Assembly (NCBI GenBank): GCA_965246715.1
Contig: CBDFFH010000049.1
Span: 1-64,000, forward strand
Reading direction: 5' to 3'
DNA length: 64,000 bases
DNA from: Chamaesiphon sp.
GTDB taxonomy: Bacteria; Cyanobacteriota; Cyanobacteriia; Cyanobacteriales; Chamaesiphonaceae
The notes below the pieces were generated by a model. It searched no databases, was not told the origin of the DNA, and was given only the letters and a program-made list of their open reading frames with translations. Made by a program: the position numbers and the translations under genes. This document shows positions 51,285 through 60,331 of the stretch, piece after piece (position 1 is the stretch's first letter; every line of letters begins with the position of its first letter).

Positions 51285-51357
51285 CTGTTCCCTCTCACCT
51301 AATTAATTGCAGTCTGGTCTCTACTTGTTGTCGCATTATTTTCCTCACCAAGAATTG

Positions 51358-52803
51358 CTATTGGTTACCGCTCGATTGGTTCAAGAGTTTGGATAATGTC
51401 AACAATGCAAAAGAGATTGCTGTAACCAAAATTGTGAGGAGTACTAAAATCGAAATTCCTTTGATGCCACCAGTCATCATCCCACCGATTTTAGCTGGCG
51501 AAAAGATCGCAAAGATGGCGATGTTGGAAATCACGGCGATCGCCAGCAGTTGCAGTTTATCAAATTTACCGCCGCTATAGCTAAATATCACCAATGCTGC
51601 CAACAGTGCCAACCACAATCCCGAAAAATACCACGCCGTACCCAAGAAACTAAAGATCGCCACGGCTAAGAGCCAACTACCCGAACCAAATAGCGCTGAG
51701 TGACGCAGCGGTTGCCACAGAGTCAGAGAGGGGATGGGTGTGGGTGTCGTCGGCGACGGGGAAGATTGGGGTGGTGAAGACCACGGCTGTGAACCCATCG
51801 GCGCTGAGAGCGGTCTGGATGGTGAATTTCTCACTCCAGTACGCGGCAGATTTTCGGGCAAGAGATTGCTTTCTTCTAGTGCAGATAGTACTTCTCCTGC
51901 TGACTGGTAGCGTTCTCTAGCCTGGGAGCTAGTCATGCGCGACAAAATATTCGCCAACTGGGGAGCGATGTCGATACTACTATGCCAGTTCCCTAACATC
52001 TCCCTAAACCCTTCATCCTTGGGATTCTTGCCAGTCATTAGTGACATACAGGATGCGCCCAACGAGTACAAATCACTAGCAGGCGATACCGCACCACCCA
52101 TCATTTGTTCGGGAGAGGCATAGCCATCGGTACCGATGACGATCGATTGTTGAGTAGGCAGTCCATTCATTACTTGCTTGACCGCACCAAAATCGATGAG
52201 ATAAATATCCCCATTACTCGATTTCATCACATTTGCTGGTTTGATATCGCGATGGATCGCCCCGCAATCGTGAACTGCTTCTAAAGTAGGCAAAATTTGA
52301 TACAAGAAAGTGACGATTTGAGCGGATGAATATCGCTCGTTACGACCGATCGGAGCTGCTAAATCTTCACCTTCAATATATTGCTGAACTAAGTAATATA
52401 ATTCTTGTTCGATATTGGTATTTGGATCGGTATCTTTGACAATAAAATAGTCAAATAGCGTCGGAATTTTGGGTATCTCGCTGAGTAAATCCAAGCTTTG
52501 CGCTTCGCGCTCGAATAAGGTTTTGATTTTTGAGATTTGGTCGGGCTTTAATATGGTCGTCGGACGTAATTGTTTGACAATACATCTGCGACCTTTGATA
52601 TTAAGATCGATCGCCACAAATGTCACGCCAAAGGCTCCCGCCCCTAATTGCTCGATCGGGATATACTTACCACTGAGGACTAATGGCATCCGACAGCTAG
52701 TGCAATACCGCTGAAACGATTGTCCCGGAACGAGTGCCGTTTCTAGCTCGGCAATACTGTTGAGCGGGGTGTGACAGGTTGGGCGGGTGCAGTATACATG
52801 CAT
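51358..52803 (-). CDS. Ser/Thr kinase with N-terminal Cys4 prefix and C-terminal TM helices
   Basis: YCTRP.C...C..C, LGAGAFG, HRDIKPAN, IDFG, GYASPEQ; Pro/Ser linker; ~4 TM helices. Confidence 0.93.
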   Translation of the reverse strand: MHVYCTRPTCHTPLNSIAELETALVPGQSFQRYCTSCRMPLVLSGKYIPIEQLGAGAFGVTFVAIDLNIKGRRCIVKQLRPTTILKPDQISKIKTLFEREAQSLDLLSEIPKIPTLFDYFIVKDTDPNTNIEQELYYLVQQYIEGEDLAAPIGRNERYSSAQIVTFLYQILPTLEAVHDCGAIHRDIKPANVMKSSNGDIYLIDFGAVKQVMNGLPTQQSIVIGTDGYASPEQMMGGAVSPASDLYSLGASCMSLMTGKNPKDEGFREMLGNWHSSIDIAPQLANILSRMTSSQARERYQSAGEVLSALEESNLLPENLPRTGVRNSPSRPLSAPMGSQPWSSPPQSSPSPTTPTPIPSLTLWQPLRHSALFGSGSWLLAVAIFSFLGTAWYFSGLWLALLAALVIFSYSGGKFDKLQLLAIAVISNIAIFAIFSPAKIGGMMTGGIKGISILVLLTILVTAISFALLTLSKLLNQSSGNQ

Positions 52804-53064
52804 AGCATCAAAGCCGTGGGTAATAAATGAGTCGTAACGTTGGCGGGATGCTCGAATATCGATTTAATGTAGCTGAGGGTGAAAATTCTCACTCTATGTG
52901 CTGAAGTTTGCGTGGGTGCTAATTCATAACTTTATCTTACAGAAGTTAAGATCGATCTACAACGGTCAAAATTCCCATCCATAAGTCTTTTTACTTAGTT
53001 GGGCGCTGGGATGGCAAATTATGCAGATTGTAGCCAATCTAATCGATCGGGGCCGCGAGCCGAC

Positions 53065-54120
53065 TTAAAAAAGGTTGGGTTGGTAATACTCTTTACCTTT
53101 CCCAACAAACTGCGTCGTGTAAGCCTCCCGATAGTTAGTATCTGATTTATATACCCCTACTTTCGTCATATCATCAAACAAAGTTTTCCACCGAATATCG
53201 GTCATCATGCCGATCCCTTTGGTCTGGGCATCTCCACCCTGAATGATTTGAAGTTCCTTGAGTTTTGTTATACTATAGCTTAATAACTCATCGGTCATTT
53301 CCGGATTATCTTTTTTAATCAGTTTATTTCCGGCTGTAGGATCGGCAAGGTAACTGTACCATCCCTTAATTGAAGCATCGACAAATCTTTGAACTAATTC
53401 GGGTTTGGTTTCCACCAATCTCTTGGTGGTCTCGATCGTAAAGTCATAAGGATTATAACCAGCATCGGCTACTAACATAACTACTGGCTTAAATTTACCT
53501 TCTTTCTCGATCGAAAATGGTTCGGAAGTAACGATCCCTTGTTGAGTGACTTTTTTATCGGCGAGAAATGGTTTGATATCAAAATTATAAGGACGTAATT
53601 GACTATCGCTAAACCCGTATTTCTTCCGGAAAAATGGCCAATAAGTAGAGGCTCCAGCCGAGGCAACATAGATCGGGCGACCTTTTAATTGGGAGATCGA
53701 ACTCACGCCAGTATTTGGATGGGCGATGATTACCGATGAAGCCTTCTGGAAAATTGCGGCGACAGTAACTTTGGGAAGATTGGTTTCGATCGCTTTAATT
53801 GCTTCGTATCCCGTGCTGACAGCTAAATCGATCCCACCCAACATTAATAACAACCCATTATTAACGCGAGGCCCACCTTGAATAATTTTGACATCCAATC
53901 CATGCTTCTGATAAATACCCTCAGCGACGGCTTGATAGTAGCCACCATACTCGGCTTCAGCAACCCAGGATAGTCCAAAGTTAATCTTGTCTAATTTACC
54001 AGTATTAATCGCAACTGTCGAGGCCGATTTGCCAGTCCGATCGCAAGCTGTTGTTAAGATTGTCGCTCCCAATCCTAGCGAGCAATACTGCAAGAATTTA
54101 CGTCTATTTCGATCGAACAT
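53065..54120 (-). CDS. ABC substrate-binding lipoprotein, NMT1/THI5/SsuA-like
   Basis: RRKFL signal and LTTAC lipobox; W.AEAE.GGYYQA; GGP.VN. Confidence 0.85.
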   Translation of the reverse strand: MFDRNRRKFLQYCSLGLGATILTTACDRTGKSASTVAINTGKLDKINFGLSWVAEAEYGGYYQAVAEGIYQKHGLDVKIIQGGPRVNNGLLLMLGGIDLAVSTGYEAIKAIETNLPKVTVAAIFQKASSVIIAHPNTGVSSISQLKGRPIYVASAGASTYWPFFRKKYGFSDSQLRPYNFDIKPFLADKKVTQQGIVTSEPFSIEKEGKFKPVVMLVADAGYNPYDFTIETTKRLVETKPELVQRFVDASIKGWYSYLADPTAGNKLIKKDNPEMTDELLSYSITKLKELQIIQGGDAQTKGIGMMTDIRWKTLFDDMTKVGVYKSDTNYREAYTTQFVGKGKEYYQPNLF

Positions 54121-54174
54121 TTTAGCTAATTTAGATAGATAGATTTATTAAGAATTCAGCTTGATTCTGCGGCA

Positions 54175-54987
54175 TTAGAACTGACGATCTCTCGTTTCAT
54201 GCCAATGTCCGATCGCCAATCCCGAACAGATCGATAACACTGTGAAAATCACAATTCCCAACCCCGTTGTCATCAATAGCGCCGCAAACATTTTCGGGAT
54301 CTGAAGATTGTAACTAGAGATCAAGATCTGATAAGCGATTCCTGAATTCACGCCACCAGTTCCTGCCACAAATTCTGCTACCACAGCACCAATGAGTGCC
54401 AACCCGCCGCTAATTCTCAAGCCAGTCAAAAAATAAGGCAAGGCACTAGGTAATCGTAGATAGATCAGAGTTTGCCATCGAGATGCACTATAAAGTTGAA
54501 AGACGCGAGTTAATACTCGATCGCAACTATTGAGTCCGAACGTCGTATTCGCAATGATGGGAAATATCGCCACAATCCAAGCACAAACGACAAGAGCTGC
54601 AAAAGTATTGTTTTTAAATAATACAATAATCCACGGCGCGATCGCCGCGATCGGCATAGTTTGTAATAAAACAGCGTAGGGAAACAAACTACGTTCGATC
54701 CATTTACTTTGAGCGAACAAAATCGATATCGCTACACCAGAGACTACAGCTAGAAGTAATGCAACTAGGGCGATCTGAGCAGTAATCCCTAAAGCAGCAA
54801 TTAGCGTCGGCCATTCTTGGATTAAAGTTTTGAGAATCAAACTCGGTGGTGGTAATAAATATGGGGGAATCTGGTTGATATAAACAACCGATTCCCATAG
54901 CAAAACTACAAATCCACCTGTCGCAATTGGGGCGATAATATCGATCGACTGGAGTCGGCTGAGTTTGAGTAATTTGATGATGTTCAT
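54175..54987 (-). CDS. ABC permease, SsuC/TauC-like
   Basis: LP.PS.I, Q..PI.AIAP, LRLPSALPY..GLRI.GLALIGAVVAEF; likely start ATG 54987. Confidence 0.88.
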   Translation of the reverse strand: MNIIKLLKLSRLQSIDIIAPIATGGFVVLLWESVVYINQIPPYLLPPPSLILKTLIQEWPTLIAALGITAQIALVALLLAVVSGVAISILFAQSKWIERSLFPYAVLLQTMPIAAIAPWIIVLFKNNTFAALVVCAWIVAIFPIIANTTFGLNSCDRVLTRVFQLYSASRWQTLIYLRLPSALPYFLTGLRISGGLALIGAVVAEFVAGTGGVNSGIAYQILISSYNLQIPKMFAALLMTTGLGIVIFTVLSICSGLAIGHWHETRDRQF

Positions 54988-55069
54988 GAATTTTGGAGGT
55001 AACAACTTCCGTCGCGCCTAGATAACGTCAGCTCGGGTTAAGCAGCCGGAGGTAAAACCCATTCAAACC

Positions 55070-55276
55070 CATTTGATGTAACTCTTCTGTATATTTTTGG
55101 CAATGTGGACAATTCATCCCTTCGACTAATATCTCTAGCTTTAGTGATATCATTTCTTCTACTTCTGCACATGTTTCTACCATCACCCCTGGCAGATTTA
55201 ATAAATAATTCAGATTGAATCTCATTCGACTATTTGTATTGACTTATACATTTTACCCCACAAGCTCAGGAGAGCC
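55070..55276 (-). mobile_element. ISL3 left-end remnant with truncated transposase
   Basis: Terminus GGCTCTCCTGAG at 55276; LLNLPGV...CPHC....ELHQ N-terminus; joined to a different IS-type end at 55024. Confidence 0.75.
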
Positions 55277-55529
55277 ATTTAAAGTCATCGATCGCGGCTA
55301 ATATGCGATCTAATCTACGAGTTTACTCGATTTTAGCTCTGATAATCGAACCTAACCTTACCGATCCGATCGATTATGGATCGAGTCAATTCGCATCGAG
55401 TTGCAACTAAAAAAATCTGAGCAGTTACCGCAAGTAGCAAGAGAACAAATCGAGCATCAGAATCCGTTGACTTGGGTGTTAGCGGTAAATTGTGGCGATA
55501 AGTTATTGAATCTATGCGATGCTAAACCT

Positions 55530-55753
55530 TTCGAAGTAGATGATTGGAAACCTTTTGCACAGATGAATGTAGTGTTGTTGGCGGAGTTTTTACGCTCCTG
55601 TGCCAGTCATGTAAATCTCAAACGTTTCTTATCATCTCTACGAGGGGCTAAAAAGCCGACCGCCAAGAAGAAGTATGACCCCAATCATCCTCATGTTGCT
55701 ACTTTCCGGCTTCTCACTACTTAGTCATGCTTTTGTTACCTTAACAGGGGTAG
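55530..55753 (+). mobile_element. IS4-like transposase C-terminal remnant and right end
   Basis: LA.FL...A..V.L.RF....RG.KKP......HPHVAT.RLL* followed by TTACCTTAACAGGGGTAG; left boundary approximate. Confidence 0.55.
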
Positions 55754-55825
55754 TTGAGGATACGTTTAAAGTGAGGTGATGCTGGTCTGTGTCGTTATCC
55801 TATATGAGATAATTACCGATCGAAG

Positions 55826-57439
55826 TTAGTCTTTAGTACCAAATAATAATAATCCCAAACCTACCAAAAATCCAAATAATAATCCTGAAAAATGACCGAC
55901 GATACTTGTATGTCCGTTCGTGAGATCGAAGATCAACTGAAAGCCGACACTAAACAACACTGCTTGAAATTGTCGTGCGGCAGATATTGCCTTTCCGCGT
56001 CGCCATCCCGTCAGGTGAATCGCCCCCATCGTCCCCAGTAGCCCCATAATCGCCCCCGACGCACCAACTGTTACGTGTGGTTCTGTCATCCAGCGGGTAT
56101 CGATATAAGTCACCATTGCCATCGAACCGATGCCCCCAAAGATATAGGTAATGATAAATCTGAATGTACCCAACCGATATTCGACGAACTTACCCAGATA
56201 GATCAACGCCACCATATTCATCGCTAAGTGCAAAAATCCTAGATGGAGAAAGTTAGCGGTGATAATTCGCCACCATTGGCCACCGACAACTAATGGCGCA
56301 ATCAATCCACCCCATTCGATAAAGCTTGCCTTGGGATTACCCGATCGATATTGCCAGTATAGTTCGGCACAGAAAACCAGCACATTGACCAAGATAATAA
56401 AATTAGTTGCTGGAGTGGATATATCTGCAGGTGTCTGGCTGCTATACTTGGCCTCTTGAGCGGTTTGGGCTTCAATTTGGCCGAGGATCTTCCAATCTTC
56501 AGGAGTCAGCTTGTCCAAATCCGGCAATGGTTGAGACAATCGCCAAGTGATATCTTCTTGGATCGATCGATCGGTAGTTAGCTGCTGAAGTCGAGTTAAG
56601 TCGGCTCTTGCTGCCTCAACATTGCCGTTAGCCAATTCAGCAGTGCTAATCCAAAATTGATGTACCGTCTCTGGGTACATCGCGAGAATCCGCTGACATG
56701 ACTGCCTCACCGCCTCGACTCGCCCACAAAAGGCGAGGATATACATACGCACAAGATTTAACTGCTGGAGATTGATTTGGCGATCGTGTTCCAAATTTGT
56801 TAGTTCGGTAATACAGCCACGCAGGTCGCCGATTTCTGCCAGCGCCCGGACGTAGTAAACCAGTGTCATCCCTTGTCCGAGCTTTTTTTCTGGCAACGCG
56901 CGGTTTATTTTTGCCAAGGTCATCCGTCTGACCAAAATTAGCCGCTGTCTGACCCACGCCACATAATCATGCCAGCGATCGGTCGAACGATATAATAAGG
57001 CTGTCGCCGAGCGATCGAGTTCCGTCCGATCGTCTGATTGATAGCGATCGAAAATCGCATCTGCTGCCTCAATTTGCCCCATGTGAGCTAGAGAAATTCC
57101 CTGCAAGAGGTGGTGATAAGTCCACATCCCGTCCGTTGGTAATAGCCATCGTAGCCACTTCGCCAACCGACTGGCGGCGAGATACTGTGAGTTGGCGACC
57201 AAAGCTTCAAGGCGATACATCAGATACATCGGTAGTAGTAATAATCCCACCCATGCAGCCATCCCGATTTTCACCGCTTGCTGCGGCACGAGATACCAAC
57301 TTACACCGAAGACCACCAACACGACGATTGCCGCCATTTTGCTGCTAGAATTGCTGCGAGAAGTTGGCAACAATGTCGCCACACAGGAAAAGACGGCGAT
57401 CTGAATTAAAACAATACTGGTGAAGTCCATTCGCAACAA
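55826..57439 (-). CDS. Rhomboid-family intramembrane serine protease with N-terminal helical domain
   Basis: QWWRII.A.FLH....HL.MN, VGASGAI.GL, GHFSGLL.G. Confidence 0.92.
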   Translation of the reverse strand: MLRMDFTSIVLIQIAVFSCVATLLPTSRSNSSSKMAAIVVLVVFGVSWYLVPQQAVKIGMAAWVGLLLLPMYLMYRLEALVANSQYLAASRLAKWLRWLLPTDGMWTYHHLLQGISLAHMGQIEAADAIFDRYQSDDRTELDRSATALLYRSTDRWHDYVAWVRQRLILVRRMTLAKINRALPEKKLGQGMTLVYYVRALAEIGDLRGCITELTNLEHDRQINLQQLNLVRMYILAFCGRVEAVRQSCQRILAMYPETVHQFWISTAELANGNVEAARADLTRLQQLTTDRSIQEDITWRLSQPLPDLDKLTPEDWKILGQIEAQTAQEAKYSSQTPADISTPATNFIILVNVLVFCAELYWQYRSGNPKASFIEWGGLIAPLVVGGQWWRIITANFLHLGFLHLAMNMVALIYLGKFVEYRLGTFRFIITYIFGGIGSMAMVTYIDTRWMTEPHVTVGASGAIMGLLGTMGAIHLTGWRRGKAISAARQFQAVLFSVGFQLIFDLTNGHTSIVGHFSGLLFGFLVGLGLLLFGTKD

Positions 57440-57457
57440 CAGAAGATAGCTGTTTAT

Positions 57458-58162
57458 TTAGTGCTGAAACAGGGCAAGGATGCCAAAGATTACAAATAAG
57501 CCGCCACCAATGAGTGTAATCGAGCGCTCTGAAATTCTTGCCGCGATCGATCTCCCTGCAATGACCGCAATCGCCGCACAAATCGTATGCCCCAAAATCG
57601 CCCCGATCGACACTCCCACAGGATTATTTGCTGCCGCTAATGCAATCGTAGCAAATTGCGTTCGATCGCCCCATTCAGCAATGAAAATTAAGGTAAATGC
57701 TTCCAGTACCATCTTCATCGGACTGGGGCTACCAAATTTACGCTCGGCTTTTTCAACCTCAGCTTCAGCTTCGGCTAACTCTCCACCTGCCTCGTTTGGC
57801 GACATTTTCCAGCCTCGATCCAGTAGCTTCAGGCCAAAAAATAGGAACAGGATGCTTTCAGCGTAACGCAGATAATTTAGATCGACTACTGTAAATATGA
57901 GACCGACTAGTACCGATAGCACAGTCATAATCGCTAATGCCAATGTCGTGCCGATAAACACCCAGCGCCGAGGGTGGCGAAACGCGAGAATCATCGTAAT
58001 TAAAAAACTTTTGTCCCCCAATTCGGCGGAGGTAATCAACAATAAGGATTGGGTAAATGCTTCTAGCAACTCGATCGACTCCTGTAATATTAGCTCGGAG
58101 TGGAGCGAGGTTTCAGGCGCGGTCGACTTCACCTGCCCCACATCCAAATAGATGTGCAACAT
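57458..58162 (-). CDS. TMEM165/GDT1 (UPF0016) Mn2+ exporter, Mnx-like
   Basis: AELGDKS and AEWGDRTQ signature motifs; true start probably downstream (GTG 58132 or TTG ~58069). Confidence 0.92.
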   Translation of the reverse strand: MLHIYLDVGQVKSTAPETSLHSELILQESIELLEAFTQSLLLITSAELGDKSFLITMILAFRHPRRWVFIGTTLALAIMTVLSVLVGLIFTVVDLNYLRYAESILFLFFGLKLLDRGWKMSPNEAGGELAEAEAEVEKAERKFGSPSPMKMVLEAFTLIFIAEWGDRTQFATIALAAANNPVGVSIGAILGHTICAAIAVIAGRSIAARISERSITLIGGGLFVIFGILALFQH

Positions 58163-58165
58163 GGT

Positions 58166-58292
58166 GAAAGTCTCGCTCCCAAATTTTTGTTGTCAATCAC
58201 AACCTAAAAATCTGTCATCCGAACCAGGCTCATCGCCAGTATGTTGACTCGAATGGCTCAGTCTCAAACTCGACTGAGAGCTACTCCCTTTC
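58166..58292 (-). promoter_or_regulatory. yybP-ykoY Mn2+ riboswitch
   Basis: Minus strand GAAAGGGAGTAGC...GTCAACATACTGG...CCTGG...GCGAGACTTTC matches the conserved core; directly upstream of a UPF0016 Mn exporter. Confidence 0.88.
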
Positions 58293-58469
58293 TGTCAAAA
58301 TCTTAGCATATTGACAGATCGAATGTTCGGATGTTCGAGCCAGCAGATCTCATTCGCGATCGCTCCACTAATTTGTTGAGGTGGTTAGGTTTCACTCTCC
58401 CAATCGCTTCAACTAAATTTACATCGATCGAGATTGTCAATCGCGCACTGCTATGTTAGCTTAAGTGCA

Positions 58470-58751
58470 GGTAGTAATGTACTCGTTGTTCCGAACAGCT
58501 AACCAATTAGTCAATTAGGAGGTGGTGCCCATGATCGAGAGTAGTACACGTCTGGGTCTCGAAACTGGAGTTAGCCGGCTGAGTGCTGGGACTGTCCTCT
58601 AGAATATCGTAGGTTTGTCTTTTTTAGAATCATTCTAGATTCATTCCTGTTCTGTAATAGAGTTTCTCTCAGCAGCCAGGTTCCAGCGAACAGACCCGCT
58701 AGACCGCTCCTAGTGTTAGCAGCTTGCTAATACTAGGAGCGGATAGTTTTT
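58470..58751 (+). ncRNA. Candidate ~280-nt structured sRNA with an internal 23-codon ORF (possibly PmgR1/Ncr0700-like)
   Basis: AGGAGG (58517) + ATG 58531-58602; long-range pairings GGGTCT/AGACCC, CTGGA/TCCAG, GCTGAG/CTCAGC, CTAGAAT/ATTCTAG; strong terminator. The 5' end is estimated and the family identity is unverified recollection. Confidence 0.5.
58704..58751 (+). terminator. Strong intrinsic terminator upstream of thiG
   Basis: CCGCTCCTAGTGTTAGC-AGCTT-GCTAATACTAGGAGCGG then AGTTTTT. Confidence 0.8.
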
Positions 58752-58838
58752 GGGGACAGCTGAGAGTCGATCGTTGCTGGCGAGTTTAGATCGCTCTGTT
58801 TTAAACTTATTAGCTGAATGAAGTTTTCAGCGTTGTGA

Positions 58839-58868
58839 CCAAAATCCAAAATCCAAAATCTAAAATCC
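58839..58868. repeat. Heptamer tandem repeat (CCAAAAT)x4
   Basis: Directly before the thiG ATG; reverse complement of the repeat at 40303. Confidence 0.75.
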
Positions 58869-58869
58869 C

Positions 58870-59661
58870 ATGTCCGATCGACCTTTAATTATTGCAGGTA
58901 AAACCTTTAACTCCCGACTGATGACGGGTACGGGGAAATATCGCAGCATTGCCGAAATGCAACACAGCATCATTGCTAGTGGCTGTGAAATCGTTACTGT
59001 GGCCGTGCGCCGAGTGCAAACCAAAGCCGCTGGACATGAAGGCTTGGCAGAAGCGATCGATTGGACTAAAATCTGGATGCTACCCAATACCGCTGGCTGT
59101 CAGACTGCCGAGGATGCAGTACGCGTGGCCAGATTGGGCCGAGAAATGGCCAAATTACTCGGACAGGAAGATAATAACTTTGTCAAACTTGAAGTCATCC
59201 CTGAAGGTAAATATCTCTTACCAGATCCGATCGGTACCCTCCAAGCAGCCGAACAGTTAGTCAAAGAGGGCTTTGCCGTACTCCCCTATATTAATGCCGA
59301 TCCACTACTCGCCAAACGCTTAGAAGAACTTGGCTGTGTGACTGTAATGCCCCTAGGTTCGCCCATCGGTTCGGGGCAGGGAATTAGAAATCTGGCGAAT
59401 ATTCAAATCATCATCGAAAATGCTAAGGTACCCGTTGTCGTCGATGCAGGCATCGGTACCCCCAGCGAAGCCGCTCAAGCAATGGAAATCGGCGCGGATG
59501 CCCTCTTGATCAATACCGCGATCGCTTGTGCTGAGGATGCCCCCCTGATGGCTCAGGCGATGAATTTAGCTACTACTGCGGGACGGTTTGCCTATATCGC
59601 AGGGAGAATCCCCATCAAATCGGTAGCCGTTGCTAGCTCTCCCACAACTGGAACGATTTAA
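58870..59661 (+). CDS. thiG: Thiazole synthase
   Basis: [43 protein letters not shown]. Confidence 0.97.
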   Translation: MSDRPLIIAGKTFNSRLMTGTGKYRSIAEMQHSIIASGCEIVTVAVRRVQTKAAGHEGLAEAIDWTKIWMLPNTAGCQTAEDAVRVARLGREMAKLLGQEDNNFVKLEVIPEGKYLLPDPIGTLQAAEQLVKEGFAVLPYINADPLLAKRLEELGCVTVMPLGSPIGSGQGIRNLANIQIIIENAKVPVVVDAGIGTPSEAAQAMEIGADALLINTAIACAEDAPLMAQAMNLATTAGRFAYIAGRIPIKSVAVASSPTTGTI

Positions 59662-59676
59662 GGTGTTGTCTAACCA

Positions 59677-60250
59677 TTTGACGAACTTTCGATCGTGTGG
59701 TTTGTTGCAGAATATCTTGCCACCGAAATCGGCGCGCGGACTATTTTTGCCACCCACTATCACGAGTTAAATGAATTGGCTCCGTTCCTCCCCTGTGGCA
59801 AACGATCGAGTCACGGTCAAAGAATTACCCGATAAAATTATCTTTCTCCACTAAGTTTGACCTGGTGGTGCGAGCAAATCCTACGGCATCCAAGCCGGAC
59901 GTTGGGCTGGGTTTGCTACCGAAGGTAATCGCTCGTGCCCACGAGGTCATAGCACAAATAGAGCAGCACATTAAAACCCACATTCCGCTAGTCCAAGCGA
60001 AGCTTGCGCGCCGTCTGCGGCGGTCGAAACATAATTAAAACGAAGCCATTGGATCGTAGCGATTGTATTCTCAATAAGCTAAGACTATTGAGAATATGCT
60101 GTCGATCGCCATAAAGGAGCTAAATCGCTAGAAAGGTTGCTACAACAGGATTGTAGATCTTATTATTTTTTAGCCGAACGCGCAAGCGCACCCCCAAGGG
60201 TGGTCGAACTAGCGGAATAGTGGGTTAAAATCGCCATCGGGCTAAGAGAT
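59677..60250 (+). pseudogene. mutS: Decayed C-terminal fragment of DNA mismatch repair mutS, interrupted by a MITE
   Basis: [33 protein letters not shown]...[28 protein letters not shown]...IEQH|KIAIGL, with stops and frameshifts. Confidence 0.8.
59977..60224. mobile_element. IS1634-type MITE (248 bp)
   Basis: TIR CCCACATTCCGCTAGT / ACTAGCGGAATAGTGGG shares its first 12 bp with the IS1634 at 40891; 6-bp TSD TTAAAA. Confidence 0.85.
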
Positions 60251-60276
60251 TCGGGGTCTTATATCTTTAAATTAAA

Positions 60277-60305
60277 AATCCCCCGCCACTATGTGACGAG
60301 GGATT
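60277..60305 (-). terminator. Terminator of psaAB
   Basis: Imperfect hairpin (AATCCC...CAC-TAT-GTG...GGGATT) with an A run on its left (U tract on the minus strand). Confidence 0.65.
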
Positions 60306-60331
60306 CTATTCAACCGATAATAACTTCAGAC

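Noticed and set aside
58470..58869. TPP riboswitch upstream of thiG, or 6S RNA
   Set aside because: No complete TPP core (CTGAGA...ACCTGA..GGAA arrangement) and I could not match cyanobacterial 6S motifs; kept as an unassigned sRNA candidate
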